From the human T2T-CHM13v2.0 reference genome, Homo sapiens: a stretch of 64,000 bases of DNA. A program made the translations under genes and the position numbers. Under the pieces are notes generated by a model. That model was not told the DNA's origin. It searched no databases and saw nothing but the letters and a program-made list of their open reading frames with translations. Location of the stretch: assembly GCF_009914755.1 (NCBI RefSeq), contig NC_060942.1; one strand, 5' to 3'. Shown piece after piece: positions 1-12,912 of the stretch. Position 1 is the first letter of the stretch. Each line of letters opens with the position of its first letter.

Positions 1-967
1 CCTTGTGTAGCTATTGGTCAGTCCATTTCAGCAATTGCTTCTACTTGATGATGTCTGTGAGATGAACAGAGTAAAATTGCTTGTTTATTCTTATAACTAT
101 TTAGATTCTAACCAAAAGCTGCAACCTCCAAATATTTCCCAATGCATTTAGGATTTTCAAATGGATTACCTAAATTGTGAAAAAAGGTGAAACTGAAACT
201 CAAGTTAGTTTTCTATGGTAATGATGTTACTGCAGAATTCTGGTGGGAATTTTAAATAGTTGTAGTGTTACCTCTTTAGCTAAGAAAACATTCTTCCAGT
301 AGATCAGAGCAGTAAAGGTGGGAATGTCTTTTTCTCTAATATAGGCTTCTCAGTGAGGTGTTAAGTGCAAAGCTTACATTCTCTCTTTTTCCTTTAATGG
401 AGAAAAAAAGACTGTAGGAGGTAGAATTCAAAGTGCTAAAATTGAGGCATGAGAGAAGTGGAAGATGTAGACATTACAGTGCTTCTTCTCTAATGAGGAA
501 TCACATCCAACATTCAGGATTCATGAAGAGAACTAGCTGAGGAACTTGACACGAGCTTATGTTTGGTGCATGTGCCTCTTAATGTTTCGTATTTCATAAT
601 ATTCTGCATCTAATATCCATGGCTGTCAAATGGCTTGACAAATATTTCATTAATGTTATTTTATGGTAGGATTGGGATGCTTGGGGGTTACATAGAACTT
701 GGGGTCTTGAATTTGGTCTCTCTAAATTATGTTATTTTTCTTCATTGGTTTGAAGTGTGTCTATGTAGACACACTGCTGGGGAAAATAAAGCATATAAAT
801 ACATTTGTTAAGTATAACATTTCACTCCCCCCATGCTTCTTCCTTGGAAATTTTAAGACTCCAGCATTTATTGTTTCAATGGCATGAGTCTTACTGGGAT
901 CACATGACCAAGTGGACAGATTTTTGTGAAAGTCAGGAAGTTTGGGTTTCAATTCCATTTCCACTTC

Positions 968-1468
968 AAATCTTATGTGTCACCTTGGCTGGGCCATAGT
1001 GCCCAGATGTGTGGTCAAACATTATTCGGGATATTTGTGTGAGGGTGTTTTGGGATGAGATTAACATTAAGATTGGTAGACTTTGAGTAAAGAAGGCTGG
1101 CCTTCCTAACGGGGTTGACCTCATGCTACGAGTTGAAGGCTTGAATAGAACAGAAGACTGACCCTCCTCCCAGTAAGAAGGAATTCTGCCAGTAGACAGC
1201 GTTCGGGCTAGAGCTATAGCATTGGCTTTTTTCTGGGTCTTCAGCCTGATGTCCTTCGAGCTTGAACTACAGCATCAACTCTTCCCTGGGTCTCCAGCCT
1301 GCCAGCCCACCCTGAAGATTTTGGACTTGCCAGCCTTCATAATCACATGAGCCAATTCCTTAAAATGAATCTCTTTATATGTAAATAGAGAGAGAAAGAG
1401 AGAGAGAGGTGTATATATATACATGCACATTGTCTTGGTGCTGCTTCTCTGCAGAACCTGACTCTATG
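968..1468 (+). mobile_element. MLT2-family (ERVL) solo LTR
   Basis: Sequence 'ttatgtgtcaccttggctgggccatagtgcccagat..ggtcaaacattatt..gatgagattaacatt', an internal (GA)n/(TA)n run and the end 'ctctgcagaacctgact' match the recalled MLT2 consensus. Ends approximate. Confidence 0.85.
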
Positions 1469-2951
1469 GAATCCTGGCTCTGGCCCTTCTCCTCTCTGAG
1501 GCCCATGTTTGCAATCTGTAAAGGGAGGAAGTAGAACTGTATAGCTTCTAAGGCCCCTTAGAAATTAAAAATTGCAGGATGCAAACACCTGCTAGTTTTG
1601 ACATGTATGATTTTTACAAAGAGTAATAAAAGCAAATTCCGGAGAAGTACTAGATAAAAATGTGGAAACACTCCTCATTCCCTGACTTTTGCTTAACATT
1701 TAGAGCAGTTTGGTCAGTCTCTGCTATGGTAAAATACACATGTCTCGGCATTGTCCCCAAACACAAAATGTGGCTGGGTTCTGCTGCCAAGTCTTTCCTC
1801 CTCTGTCATAGTCCTCTCCTCCTTCCCAAACACCACCATCCTGCCGGCATTATCATCCCTGTTATGGGCACCGGCATCTTTCAGGTGAGTCTTGGACCTC
1901 CTAATTCCTGTGCCAGGCACCAAGACAAGTGGAATGTCAGCTGACTCAGACCCCAGCTGTCATCCAGAGATGAGAGGCTGGGCACCAGCTATGCCATAAC
2001 TACTGCTGTTTGCCTAGGGTGTGATAATTTCTTTGACTCTTAATCGTTCTTCCTGACATCAAAACTAACACAGATGAGTGCATAATAGCACTAAAAAGAA
2101 AATAAAATTCACCTATTATAGCACCTACAGATAATTACTATTCACATTTTATTGCATAATATTCCTTTTGAATCCAGGTAATAATACAATTTAGTCTTCC
2201 CTGTCCTCCCTCTTGAGGGTCATCTTGTGCTAACGTACTTTGAGGAAGGAAGGTTTCTTCATTTCTAGTCCAGTTAGGGTCACCAAGTATGAGTGTGCAA
2301 GTTGTGCACTGCACAATCTGGAAGGCAATTCATGCTTTCACTGTTGAGCCGTAAGGTCTGTAGTGACTCTGCCACAAGCTTTAATGTTCAGTGGATTTCC
2401 CTGAGGGCTTGCAGATAATGGAGGAGGCCTTAGATAATAGCCCTGCCCAGAACAGAGAACAAGTTACAATGGAAGATAAGACATGCCCAATCTTAAATAT
2501 TCCCAGGCCATGTTGAACAAGGGAATATTCAAAGGCTGCTTCTTCCTTTGGCCTAAAGTTCTCATCATATTCCTGAAACTTGCTCCTATCCACGATCACT
2601 CCTCCTCAGCCAGAACTCTCAAATCTCTCCTGGGGAGGAAGTTCTGAAATCCTGGTTACTTTGTTGTACAGAACATTTAAATTCTTCTCTTAATCCTATC
2701 TTTTCAGACCATGCGCAGGGTGCCTTTCTTTCCATATCCGAAGGAAGTCTCAGAAACGTGTTATCTTAAAAGATCAGTTCTGTCCCTAGGAAGACTTCCC
2801 TACCAACTGACAGATGTGTAGATGGATGCTTAGATGAAGAGATGGTGATGCTCTTCATTTTCTTTATTGGTTTTTGCGTGTCTCTGGTGTTTGCATTTTC
2901 ACTGATGGCAGAAAGATAACAAACTTGGCCTGAAACACTGTTTGGGGGCTA

Positions 2952-3362
2952 TGTTATGCCAAATGTCAGGTTCCAGCCCAAGCTGAGGACTAAGGAGAGT
3001 GGATGGATGAATGGCAGGTAGCTGGAAAAAACCTCGAGGAATCGTAGTTTCCACATGGCTTTTACTATCTCTTTGGGTACGAGCAAGCCTGGGACTGAGT
3101 GGTGGGCACAAGCAAGCCATGGGTGCCAAGTCTAGGTGTGAGCTGTATGTACAGCATCAGCAAGGTAATTATACCTTTTACAGACAATAGTGGCTCCAAC
3201 CCAAGCACGAGCTCATGCGGGTGATCACCTAATGAGCCTCATGTGGCATGCTTACATAACATGTGGAGTTGTGTGCCCGTGCTCCAAACCTGCTGAGTCA
3301 AGCTGTGCCAAAAGGCCACCTTGGCCTATTCCTGATTACAGGGCAGGAATATGTACCTTGCA
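2952..3362 (-). mobile_element. LTR18/LTR47-like ERVL solo LTR
   Basis: TG...CA termini and a near-perfect 5-bp TSD (ggcta/gggta). The minus strand reads 'tgcaaggtaca..ggaataggccaagg..tgactcagcaggtttggagc..gagccactattgtctgtaaaaggtataattacc', as in LTR18/LTR47. Subfamily uncertain. Confidence 0.7.
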
Positions 3363-3887
3363 GGGTACATAAATATTGAAGTTTAAAGTTCTTACCGCGA
3401 CTTCCTCTCTTCTCAAAGATTTGCCCCTCTTCTCCACAATATGGCATCTAAATCTTCCTAGCGATTGGAGAAGATCCACGGACTCTGTTCAAAGATGCTT
3501 GTTGTCTTTCCTGGCTTGCTGCTGGGGTTAGCTCTGGGGTCCAAGCTGGCATCACGCAGGGCTACTTCTCTGGGCTTGATCAGGTGGTCCATCTCCTGTG
3601 TCAAGGGGTCCATCTCCTGCAGGCTCTGCCCCACGACAGATCCTCCGAGTCCTGGCTATGGGTTGCCCAGAAGCTGGCCTGGGCTTCCCACTCCTCAGCC
3701 TCCACTCTGGGGACACCTTTCAGCCACCGTCTGCCTCCTCTGCTGGAAGCACGCAGGAACAGCTGGAACATTCCTTCCACGTCAGCCTGAAGCCAGAGCA
3801 ACCCAAGGTCCTGTCTTCTGCTCTCACTCTGTGTGTCACACTGCTACTTCAGCACGCTGGCACTCCCTGGGTGGGCCCCAGGGAGAC

Positions 3888-4078
3888 TAGGGCTGCCAGA
3901 GTTAGCAAAAACAAACACGGGATTCCCAGCTAAATTAGAATTTCAGAGAAACAATAAATACAATTTTAGTATTATTTAGTAAGTAATATTTGGGACATAC
4001 TTACACTAAAAAAGTATTTGTTGTTTATCTGAAAATAAAAATTAACTATGAATCCTGCATTTTATTTGACAACCCTAC
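3888..4078. mobile_element. MER53 palindromic MITE (hAT)
   Basis: Terminal inverted repeats tagggctgcca...tgacaacccta, about 190 bp long, internal 'ttgggacatacttacactaaaa'. Confidence 0.9.
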
Positions 4079-4435
4079 ATGGGGCACGGGCACAACCTCT
4101 CTTTATTTTATTTTATTTTTTTGCTTTCCTTCCTCGTTACCTTTGGATGGAATGAGGGTCTGCAGTAGCCCTATAGTCTGATGAGTTCCTGTGGATTTTA
4201 CCCCCAATTTGAGATATTGCATTTTAAAGCTAAGCTTATTTATAAATTAGGATTACATTAGGAATAGAGATTTTTTTTTATCTACTTCTTTCTCCTTTAT
4301 CATAGCCATTTTTTTCAAGAACATGATTTTTAGTGGCTAATGGACACATACGGCTTGATTTTGACTGGATTTCTGATATGTTGAGTTAGAAGTATTTCTT
4401 GAGTAGCTCTTAAGTACCAAAGTATTGTTTTTTTT

Positions 4436-4763
4436 CTTGTCTTTTTTTTTCTTTTTCTCTTTTTCTTTTGAGACAGGTTCTCCTTCTGTCACCCAGCCTG
4501 GAGTAGTGCAGCGGTGTAATCACGGCTCACTGCAGTTTTTAATCTCCCAGGCTCAAGAGATCCTCCTCCCTCAGCCTCCCAAGCAGCTGGGACTATGGGC
4601 ACATGCTACCATGTCCAGCTAATTTTTTTTTAAATTTCTTTTGTAGAGATGGGGGTCTCACTATTTTGACCAGGCTGGTTTTGAACTCCTTTGCCTCAAG
4701 CAATCCTCCTAGCTTGGCCTCCCAAAGTGTTGGGATCACAGGCGTGAGCCACCATGTCCAGGC
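4436..4763 (-). mobile_element. Alu (AluJ-like)
   Basis: Poly-T followed by a diverged antisense Alu dimer ending 'cccaaagtgttgggatcacaggcgtgagccacc'. Confidence 0.95.
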
Positions 4764-4869
4764 AAAGCATTGTTTTGGTGCTGGAGATATAGTGGTGAAC
4801 AAGTCAGAAATGTGTCTACTTTCATAAATTTACATGTCAGTCAGGAAGACATACACTAGACAATACTAA

Positions 4870-5010
4870 GTTTTAAGTGTTCTCACCACAAAAAAGTATG
4901 AAGGTAATACATATGTGAATTCACTTGATTTAGCCATTCCACAATGTATACATATATCAAAGCATCATGTTGCACACCATAAATATAAACAATTTTTTTG
5001 TCAGTTAATA
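4870..5010 (+). mobile_element. Old L1M 3' end fragment
   Basis: 'tgttctcaccacaaaa..cttgatttagccattccacaatgtatacatatatcaaagcatcatgttg' is typical of L1MA/MB 3' UTR. Confidence 0.8.
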
Positions 5011-5545
5011 AGACAAAATAGACATACTAAGTCAATAAAATTAACTCAACTCATGATGCCTGCTATGGGGATCATGAAAAAGTGAGTGACTGTATGGGGT
5101 GGAGTGATCCTGACTGGGCCAATAAGAATCCTTCCCTGGGCTAAGAAAAAGACCCCAGCGGTCTCTTGGACAGCAGTTCTTGTAAGATGTAAAATTTAAG
5201 ACCTGACAGTGACCATGCTCACTGCTGCATGACGAAGACACCAGTGGTGAGAGAGAGAGAATTATCATGCAGGTAGAAGTGGTAACGAGAGACAGGAGCC
5301 TTGGAGGCATTCGAGTCCTTGGGTTCAGATGCTCCTGATTTCTACCTTCATCCTTGCCTTTCCGGTTTGTTTGTTAGGCACTTCCTGGAATCCTATGAGC
5401 CAATAAATTATATTTTTGCTTTAAGCTAGTATGGTTTGAGTTCCATCATGAGCAGCCTAGACTTCTAATACTAAAAGGGAGCTCACTAGAGATAATAATT
5501 TACAACAGATAGCCACACACAGGCCCACCGTTGGTTTCTCTGCTA

Positions 5546-5871
5546 CAGGGGTCTCCAACCCCTGAGCTGCGGATGCTATCAGTCTGCAGCCTGTTAAGAA
5601 CCAGGTCGCACAGCAGGAGGTGAGCAGCAGGCGAGTGAGCATGACCGCCTGAGCTCCGCCTCCTGTCAGATCAGTGGCCACATTAGATTCTCATAGGAGC
5701 ACAAACCCTATTGTGAACTGCACATGTGAGGGACTAGGTTGTGCGTTCCTTATGAGAATCTAATGCTTGACGATCTGAGGTGGAACAGTTTCATCCTGAA
5801 ACCATACCCCACCCCATCCATGGAAAAATTGTCTTCCACGAAACTGGTGTCAAAAAGATTGGGGATCACTG
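5546..5871 (+). mobile_element. MER1B (hAT-Charlie MITE)
   Basis: caggggtc...gatcactg termini, an 8-bp TSD (ctctgcta 5538-5545 / ctctacta 5872-5879) and internal 'tagattctcataggagc'. Confidence 0.92.
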
Positions 5872-7038
5872 CTCTACTAGATCAGCTCTCTGCCTATCTC
5901 CTACTTGGCTAAAGACAGCTTGTCTTCATCTCCCTGAATGTTTCTACCTCTCTACACATCATTCTTAATCCAAAGGGATTCCCAGATTCAGAGAAATGAG
6001 TGTTTCCTTCCCTCCTGTATAAGGTTTACCTCCCTGGTTTCTCTATATTTTGGGCCTCAGACTGACCTCTTCCTAAAGTGCCTGCCCCCATGAATGTTCA
6101 TTCCATTCAGAGAGGGTCACATGCCCAACCACAGGGATATCCTCTTGTCCCATGGCATTAACAGAACAAGCGCGCAACAATCTGACATCACTTTCCCCAA
6201 AGTTGGATTTTTCAGTGCAAAATGATGCCATATGGGAGATATTCATGTCAAGCCAACCCAGGCTCAATATCATTTCAGTTTTCTCCTCCTCATGAGTTAA
6301 AAAACCATGGTGTGCACAGCAATGTGTGCATGGGAGAGAGGGACAGTTGCATTTGGAGGCACAGTTTTCCCATAGAAATATCTTTCCAAATGATGTTTAG
6401 GAGCTCAGGCTGGGCACAGAAGCCTATATAGCTACAAACACACCCTGCATAGTGCTAATTGCTCTAAGCTCATAAAGCTGCTGAACACCATCAAGCTCCT
6501 CAGAAGCCTGAGGCCACTGAGCTTTGAACCTGAGTCCAGAACCCCAAACTGAAGTCATTGAGCTCTTGTGAATCCTGAGTCTTAGAGCCTTTCTGAGCAC
6601 CAGGGGTTTTCTCAGTTCTGAAAACACCTGAGACTGGTGGTAGGGGGTGGAAGGATCCATTATAAGCCCCAACAACTGGGCCTCTGCAGCCCTGGATGGA
6701 TTCTTTTCTTTCTGCTCTTCCACCTCCTAGGAGTTGAATCCATCGTTCCTCCACCTGTAGGTTGAGAACCACTCCAGTTTCTGAGGCATTCTCAACTAAG
6801 ACGATACATAGGGCAATAACCATTATGACCTATCTCCACTCTTGTCCAGTATGGTTTGAATGAAGGTCACCTTCTTGGTACCTGGTAGCTCAGACAGAAC
6901 TACTGGGTCCCTTGTGTAAATTACCGCCAGCCTCTCCTTCCCCGTTACTCCTGCTGCAATCGAACAACATGATCATGTCAAGAAAAAGGGTTTATGTTGA
7001 GCCTGCGAATTTGGAAAGCTGATGACTGTATTTCATGG

Positions 7039-7353
7039 AGTCTACTATTGCTTATGTGAGTGGTTTTTGATTTGGTGGGAAGACAGAAAGAGGCAGAGCC
7101 CACATCTGAAGTTAATGCATTGTGAAAGGGAGGGACATGGGCAGTGGTTACAGGTGGTGTGTTGATCCATAACCTGAAACGAAATTGAAGGAAATTCAGT
7201 TTATTAATATGTAATAAAGGTATTATTGGGATTTCCATACTTCTTAAGATCTAGATGCTATGGCCTCAACTCTCATTTCACACTTGTAAAAAGTCTAATG
7301 TCTACCTGAGATTCCTGTGGCTTCCTAATCACCTTTGTCTTCAAGCTCCTACT
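7039..7353. repeat. Local duplication copy A: direct segment plus inverted segment of 8582-8900
   Basis: 7039-7175 aligns directly to 8582-8718. 7185-7353 aligns to the reverse complement of 8734-8900. Confidence 0.9.
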
Positions 7354-8581
7354 GCCCAAGTCTCTTTGCTGCCAACTAGACTCAGGATTTGGGCTTTAGC
7401 AGCAAGCCTGGGACACCCAGTTGCACTAATCTCTGCTGCCCACCCCAGCCCTAGGCCTCAGCTTCCATCCAGTGTCCCGTTCTGTGTCTACTGGATCTTC
7501 CTAGGATTTAGGCCCCATCCTGGACCTCTTTCCCTTGACACAGACCTTCATTTTCTATCTAAGCCTGTCCTGGTTTCCTCTTTGAGCTTGGCCCCTGTAC
7601 TTTGTAATCGCTGGCTGAGAATCTGTAGAATACAGAGAACGTGCCACAAAGAATAGCATCAGCTTTCCAAATTCCCAGGCTCAGCATAAACCAACTTTCT
7701 TGACATAATCATGTTGTTGGATCAATTTTCAAAAATACAGTTAAAATAAAGAATCAAAAAATTTAAAACAAAAAGTAAACCCACATGCTTTTGATGTAGG
7801 GCTAAGACCTCTTCTTCATGGTTTTGCTCTTTGGAGTTTTTCCACAGTTTTCTATGAATAAATCACACCTATGGTGCAGTGTGTGTCCATTCTAGCTATT
7901 TTAGCCTTTTTCTTTTTCTTTCCTTCTTTTGTTAGTGGAAAGATAATTTAAGACTTTCAAAGAAGTTTGGGTTCAGAATGTTTTTGATTTTTATTATTTT
8001 TTCATCTTTTACAAGCATGTAAGACTTATTCGACACCAAGTTTTTGGTTATTTGTATTAACACGCCTTTCCATAGAGTTCAATCTAGTCTTTACAGAAAC
8101 ACTAGCGCTACTTATTTTCCCACTTGTAAGTCATGTGCTATACATGTACATGATATAAACACACTGACTCTTGCTAGGTGTTTAGCTACTACAGTGTAGC
8201 CTCTTGGCCTTTGGGCTTCAGTATGCCATGGGCATTGTATAGAATGCTTTACAGAGAACAGTCAGCCAGGAGGGGGATGGTTTAAAGAGTTTTGGCTAGG
8301 TCTAACCCTAGCCTGGGTTTCCTGTTGCTGTGTTGCTCTCCTGATTTCCAGATGTCTGATGTCAATAACCCTGGAGGCCCCTCCATCTGATTTCCTCCCT
8401 TCTTGGCTTCTGCTGAATGGCATCCACAGACCTGGCCTTCACTTCTCCATTTCCAGCTTCCCCTTCTCTGAAGGCTGCTGCTAAACTCAAGGCAGAGCCC
8501 TGTCTCTCTGGGCTGAGCACCTGCAGGGCCAGCTGTAGGAGGGTGCTGGTTTGGGGGTGCGACCCTCTTTCTCTTCATCGT

Positions 8582-8900
8582 AGTCTACTATTGCTTAAAC
8601 AAGTTGTTTCTGATTTGGTGGAAGGACAGAAAGAAGCAGAGTCAACATCTGAATTGAATGCAGTGTGAAAGGAAGGGATATGGGCAGCAGATACAGACAG
8701 TGCATTGATCCATAACCTACACTAATCAGTGAAAGCAGAAGCCTGGAGACAAAGGTGGTTAAGAACCCACAGGAATCCTGGGTAGACTTTGGACTTTTTA
8801 CAAGTGTGTAATGGGAGTGAGGCCATGGCGTTTAGATCTTAAGAAGTATGGAAATCCTAACATCTGTATTACATATATGATAAACTGAATTGCTTTTCAA
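8582..8900. repeat. Local duplication copy B
   Basis: Partner of 7039-7353. Shared blocks include 'agtctactattgctta', 'ttgatccataacct' and 'agatcttaagaagtatggaaatcc' (the last inverted in copy A). Confidence 0.9.
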
Positions 8901-10053
8901 AACATACTCTTTTTCCTGGTATTATCACTTTAACTCAGGCCTGGAGACTTTAATCAAAAAATAATGTGAATTATGTTCTATCTCCTCATTTACCCTAAAT
9001 TGTTATATCTTTTCTTCCCGGTTAACTAAGAATAACAACCCATCCAGAATTAAACTGCAATCAGTGACAAAGCCGTTAGAATCAAATTGTGTTAATGGGT
9101 TTCTTTTTCTTTATTAGTTCTTTAGCTTCCACAAAACTGCCCCCATAAGAAAAGCATTCATGTTTGAAGAAGGAACATGAAGTAGGCAAGCTTGCAGTTT
9201 GTGACCAGCCTGTGCTCCTGTCTTTGGAAGTGCCCCACAGTCCTGGCTTGAAGAGGGGGCTTCCTGACTTGTGTCTGCCAGATGGCCCAGCTTCTCTAAT
9301 CTGATTGGACAGAAGGTAGACCCCTGACTCATGCTGAGCCAATCAGATTCTTTTTCTCAAAATACTGAACTGTGAAACTCAAAAGCCTCTCAGTAGTGAT
9401 GATCCCTAGGATGGAAGGTCTTGGAAGTCCAGGAACCTGGACAGCTGTGATACTTCCCTCATGAGAACGAGAGAGATTATCGGCCTAGAGAGAAAGACAA
9501 TCATGAAGACAGGCAGTAGAGATCAAGGAATAGCACTAGCAATAAAACAGAGGAGAATCTGTATAGTGGAGAGGGGAGCAGTGTGGAATTTTACAGAAAA
9601 GAATATTTTCTTGTCAAAATGAGGGAGGCAATAAAACAAGAGTCAACTAGGTGAGCAATTAGGGTACAAACTAAAAATGTGTCTTTCTTACGAGGCAAGC
9701 ATGTGGATAAGGGCAGCATTATTACAAAATATTTAATAATACAAGGTAAAAATGTCCTTTGATTATTTTTGAAATTGGATACCACATTAAAAAACATAAC
9801 AAAACAAACTTTAAACAAAGCCTTGCATGCAAACTATAGAGTCACTCAGTGAATTCTAGAAAGGAGTATCTAGCACAGAGACCCTCCAGTGCTGCAGAGA
9901 CCAGATCTCACTCGTGCCTATGACCTGTGACCTATAAACTCCTTAGCATGGCTTCATGAACTCCACCACTTGGACCAAACGTTCCCTTCCAGCCTCACTA
10001 CCTACTCGCGCTTTCTGGGCACTATGCACTCAGCTCATCCTGGCATACTTGCC

Positions 10054-10607
10054 TTTTTTTTTTTTCTTTAAAAAGACTGAGTCTTACTCTGTTGCTCAGG
10101 TTGGAGTGCAGTGGCACGGTCATAGCTCGCTGCATCCTTGAACTCCTGGTCTTAAGAGATTCTCTCACCTCTCACCTGCGTCAAACAATGAGACTACATG
10201 GACACAGGGAGGGAAACATCACACACCAGGGCCTGTTGAGGGGTTGGGGGTAAGGGAAGGGAAAGCATTAGGACAAATACCTAGTGCATGTGGGGCTTAA
10301 AACCTAGATGAAGGGTTGATAGGTACAGCAAATCACCATGGCACATGTATACCTACATAACAAACCTGCACATTCTGCAAATGTATCCTGAAACTTAAAG
10401 CCAAAAAAAAAAAAAAGAGAGAGAGATTCTCCCACTTAGCCTCCTGAGTTGCTGGGACTACAGGTGCACACCACCATGCCTGGCTACTTTTTAAGTTTTT
10501 TTCTAGAGAAGGGGTTTCACTGTGTTGTCCAGGCTGGTCTTGAACTCCTGGGTTCAGGTGATCCTCCCATCTCAACCTCCCAAAGTGTTGGGAGCTACCA
10601 GGCCCAG
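10054..10607 (-). mobile_element. Alu (J-like) interrupted by an L1 3' fragment
   Basis: The antisense Alu breaks at about 10170 and resumes at about 10422, with duplicated 'agagattctc(t/c)cac'. Confidence 0.9.
10183..10416 (+). mobile_element. 5'-truncated L1PA (about PA7-PA10) 3' end with poly-A, nested in an Alu
   Basis: 'catggacacagggagggaaacatcacacac..aaacctagatga..caaacctgcacattctgca' then poly-A, flanked by a TSD. Confidence 0.9.
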
Positions 10608-11739
10608 TCATTGCCATTACTTGAATATGCCATGCATTTTGTCCTAGAAGATGGTCTTGACATAGATGAAGTTCAAGGCTGTAGTTAAGTGGTAACAGAA
10701 AAATACATTCTGAATTGGCCTGAGCCAAAGGCTAAAGGCTGGCTTCTAGGGTGGGCTCGATTGGGAGACAGAAGTGATTAACTGAACAAGGAGATCCAAG
10801 TCTCAAGAATGACACCAGGCTAAAAGCACAAGTGTGCCCCATCGAACCTTAAGGTACTTTACTTTAGATAACAGCACATACATTTCTTTGCTTCATTTTT
10901 CTGTGTATAATCTGCATAATACTTGGGTGATATGTTTTAAGAAATACAGAAGAATAGTTAATTTCTGGCTGCTGGCCTAATATTTGCTTTGAGCCAAGAC
11001 CAGAATATCTATGGTCCTCCTGTCTGTTAGTTTTCCTGGGTCATTTTTGTCGCTGTCTGATCCTTTCCACCAGCTTGGCCTTTGCTTCTACCTAGGATGC
11101 TGGTGTTAATTACCTTTTCCCCACATCTGTTTACTCACTCTGAGTTCCTAGATGGTTCTAAATAGCTTCTCTTTCAAAGAGCTCCTCCCACACCTGACCT
11201 GCTGTGAGATGGACAAGCTGGGCAGCTCCTGTCTTTCTTCTTTTATTCGAGAAGGTCTCAACAGCCATTTAAAAGGGAAGCTGCATATCCAATTTCTAAT
11301 GTGCTCCGTAAGAGGTATCCTCTCTGGGTGAATGTAACAACCTGAGTTCTCAGCCTTTCAACAAATCAAATGAGAATCTTAAACAGATCTCCCTGCAATG
11401 AAGCACTGCTTCCCATTTCTAAGTAACCAGTTATTTGTCAAACACTAACATTTGCAATATTTTGTCCACCAAAAGGAATTTTCTTCCAGAAACATATTTT
11501 AAAAATCTACAGATTGTAAGACTGAGACTGATTTGAAAGTGAACACATATTTTCAAAGCGAGACGAGGCTGAAAGAAAATGATTTACCCCAGAATCCATT
11601 GAATCCACAGTGAATCATGTAGTACCTTGTGTCAGTTTTCCCATTGTTCTTCCTTTGTTTGTTCAGTACCTACCAAGTGCCTTCTGGGCATTAGGGATTC
11701 CTTTTGAAACTACTGGTGTAAAAATAATAATAGCAATAT

Positions 11740-11935
11740 AAAAAGCTAATATTTGTTGGGTTCTTATTATGTGCTAGGCACTGAACTAATCATTTGGGAT
11801 GCATGATAGCAATTTATCCTCACAACTGTATATTACAGATGAGAAAGCCCCATTACCTGCACAGAAGTTATGTAATGTGATTCCGGGTCACACAGTAAAG
11901 ACATGGAGGAGCTGGTGTCTGACTCCAGAACTCTT
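11740..11935. mobile_element. MIR fragment
   Basis: 'tatgtgctaggcact..tcctcacaac..acagatgaga..ggtcacacag..tctgactccaga' resembles the MIR core. Confidence 0.65.
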
Positions 11936-12188
11936 ATATTCCGCTAGTGTACACACATGGATAGGACCAATTTAATGCCTGAAACAGGCCCCAAACCCTT
12001 CAACACTGAGCCTGGCCCACCTGGCTGGGTCTCAGCCACAGCCTCAGCAGCATGTCACTTCCTCCAGCACCTGTGAAGTACTTAGGGAAGGGTGTATCTC
12101 CAGAACAACTCTCCTGCTTGTTCTGAGTTAGAGAGGTCATTAAACTCTGGGTCCTAACCATGATTATGTAGTTAAAAATATATGTTGA

Positions 12189-12558
12189 TGTCTTAGCCAA
12201 TTTGGATAACTATCACAGAATACCACAGGCATGGTGGCTTACAAGCAACAGAAAAGTATTTCTCACAGTTCTGGAGGCTGGGAAGTCCAAGATCAAGGCA
12301 CCAGCAGACTTGGTGTATAGTGAGGGATGTTTCCTGGCTCATATATGGCTCATGTCTCATTGTGTCTTCATGTGGTAGCAGGGTGAGGGAGCTCTTTGGG
12401 GTTTCTTTTATAAGGGCACTAATCCCATGCATGAAGATTCCACCCTCATGACCTAATCACTTCTCAAAGGCCTCACCTCCAAATACTTTTGCCTTGGGGA
12501 TTAAGGTTCAACATATGAATTTGATGGGGGGAGGAGGCACAAATGTTCAGTCTCTTGT
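12189..12558 (-). mobile_element. MLT1A-like (ERVL-MaLR) solo LTR
   Basis: 'tatttctcacagttctggaggctgggaagtccaagatcaagg..taagggcactaatccc..ttcaacatatgaattt'. Confidence 0.88.
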
Positions 12559-12586
12559 AGTTGAATTAACTGAAAAGTAGCAGTGA

Positions 12587-12912
<326 letters not shown>

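Noticed and set aside
6495-6600. Weak ~45-bp tandem similarity
   Set aside because: Too short and diverged to interpret.
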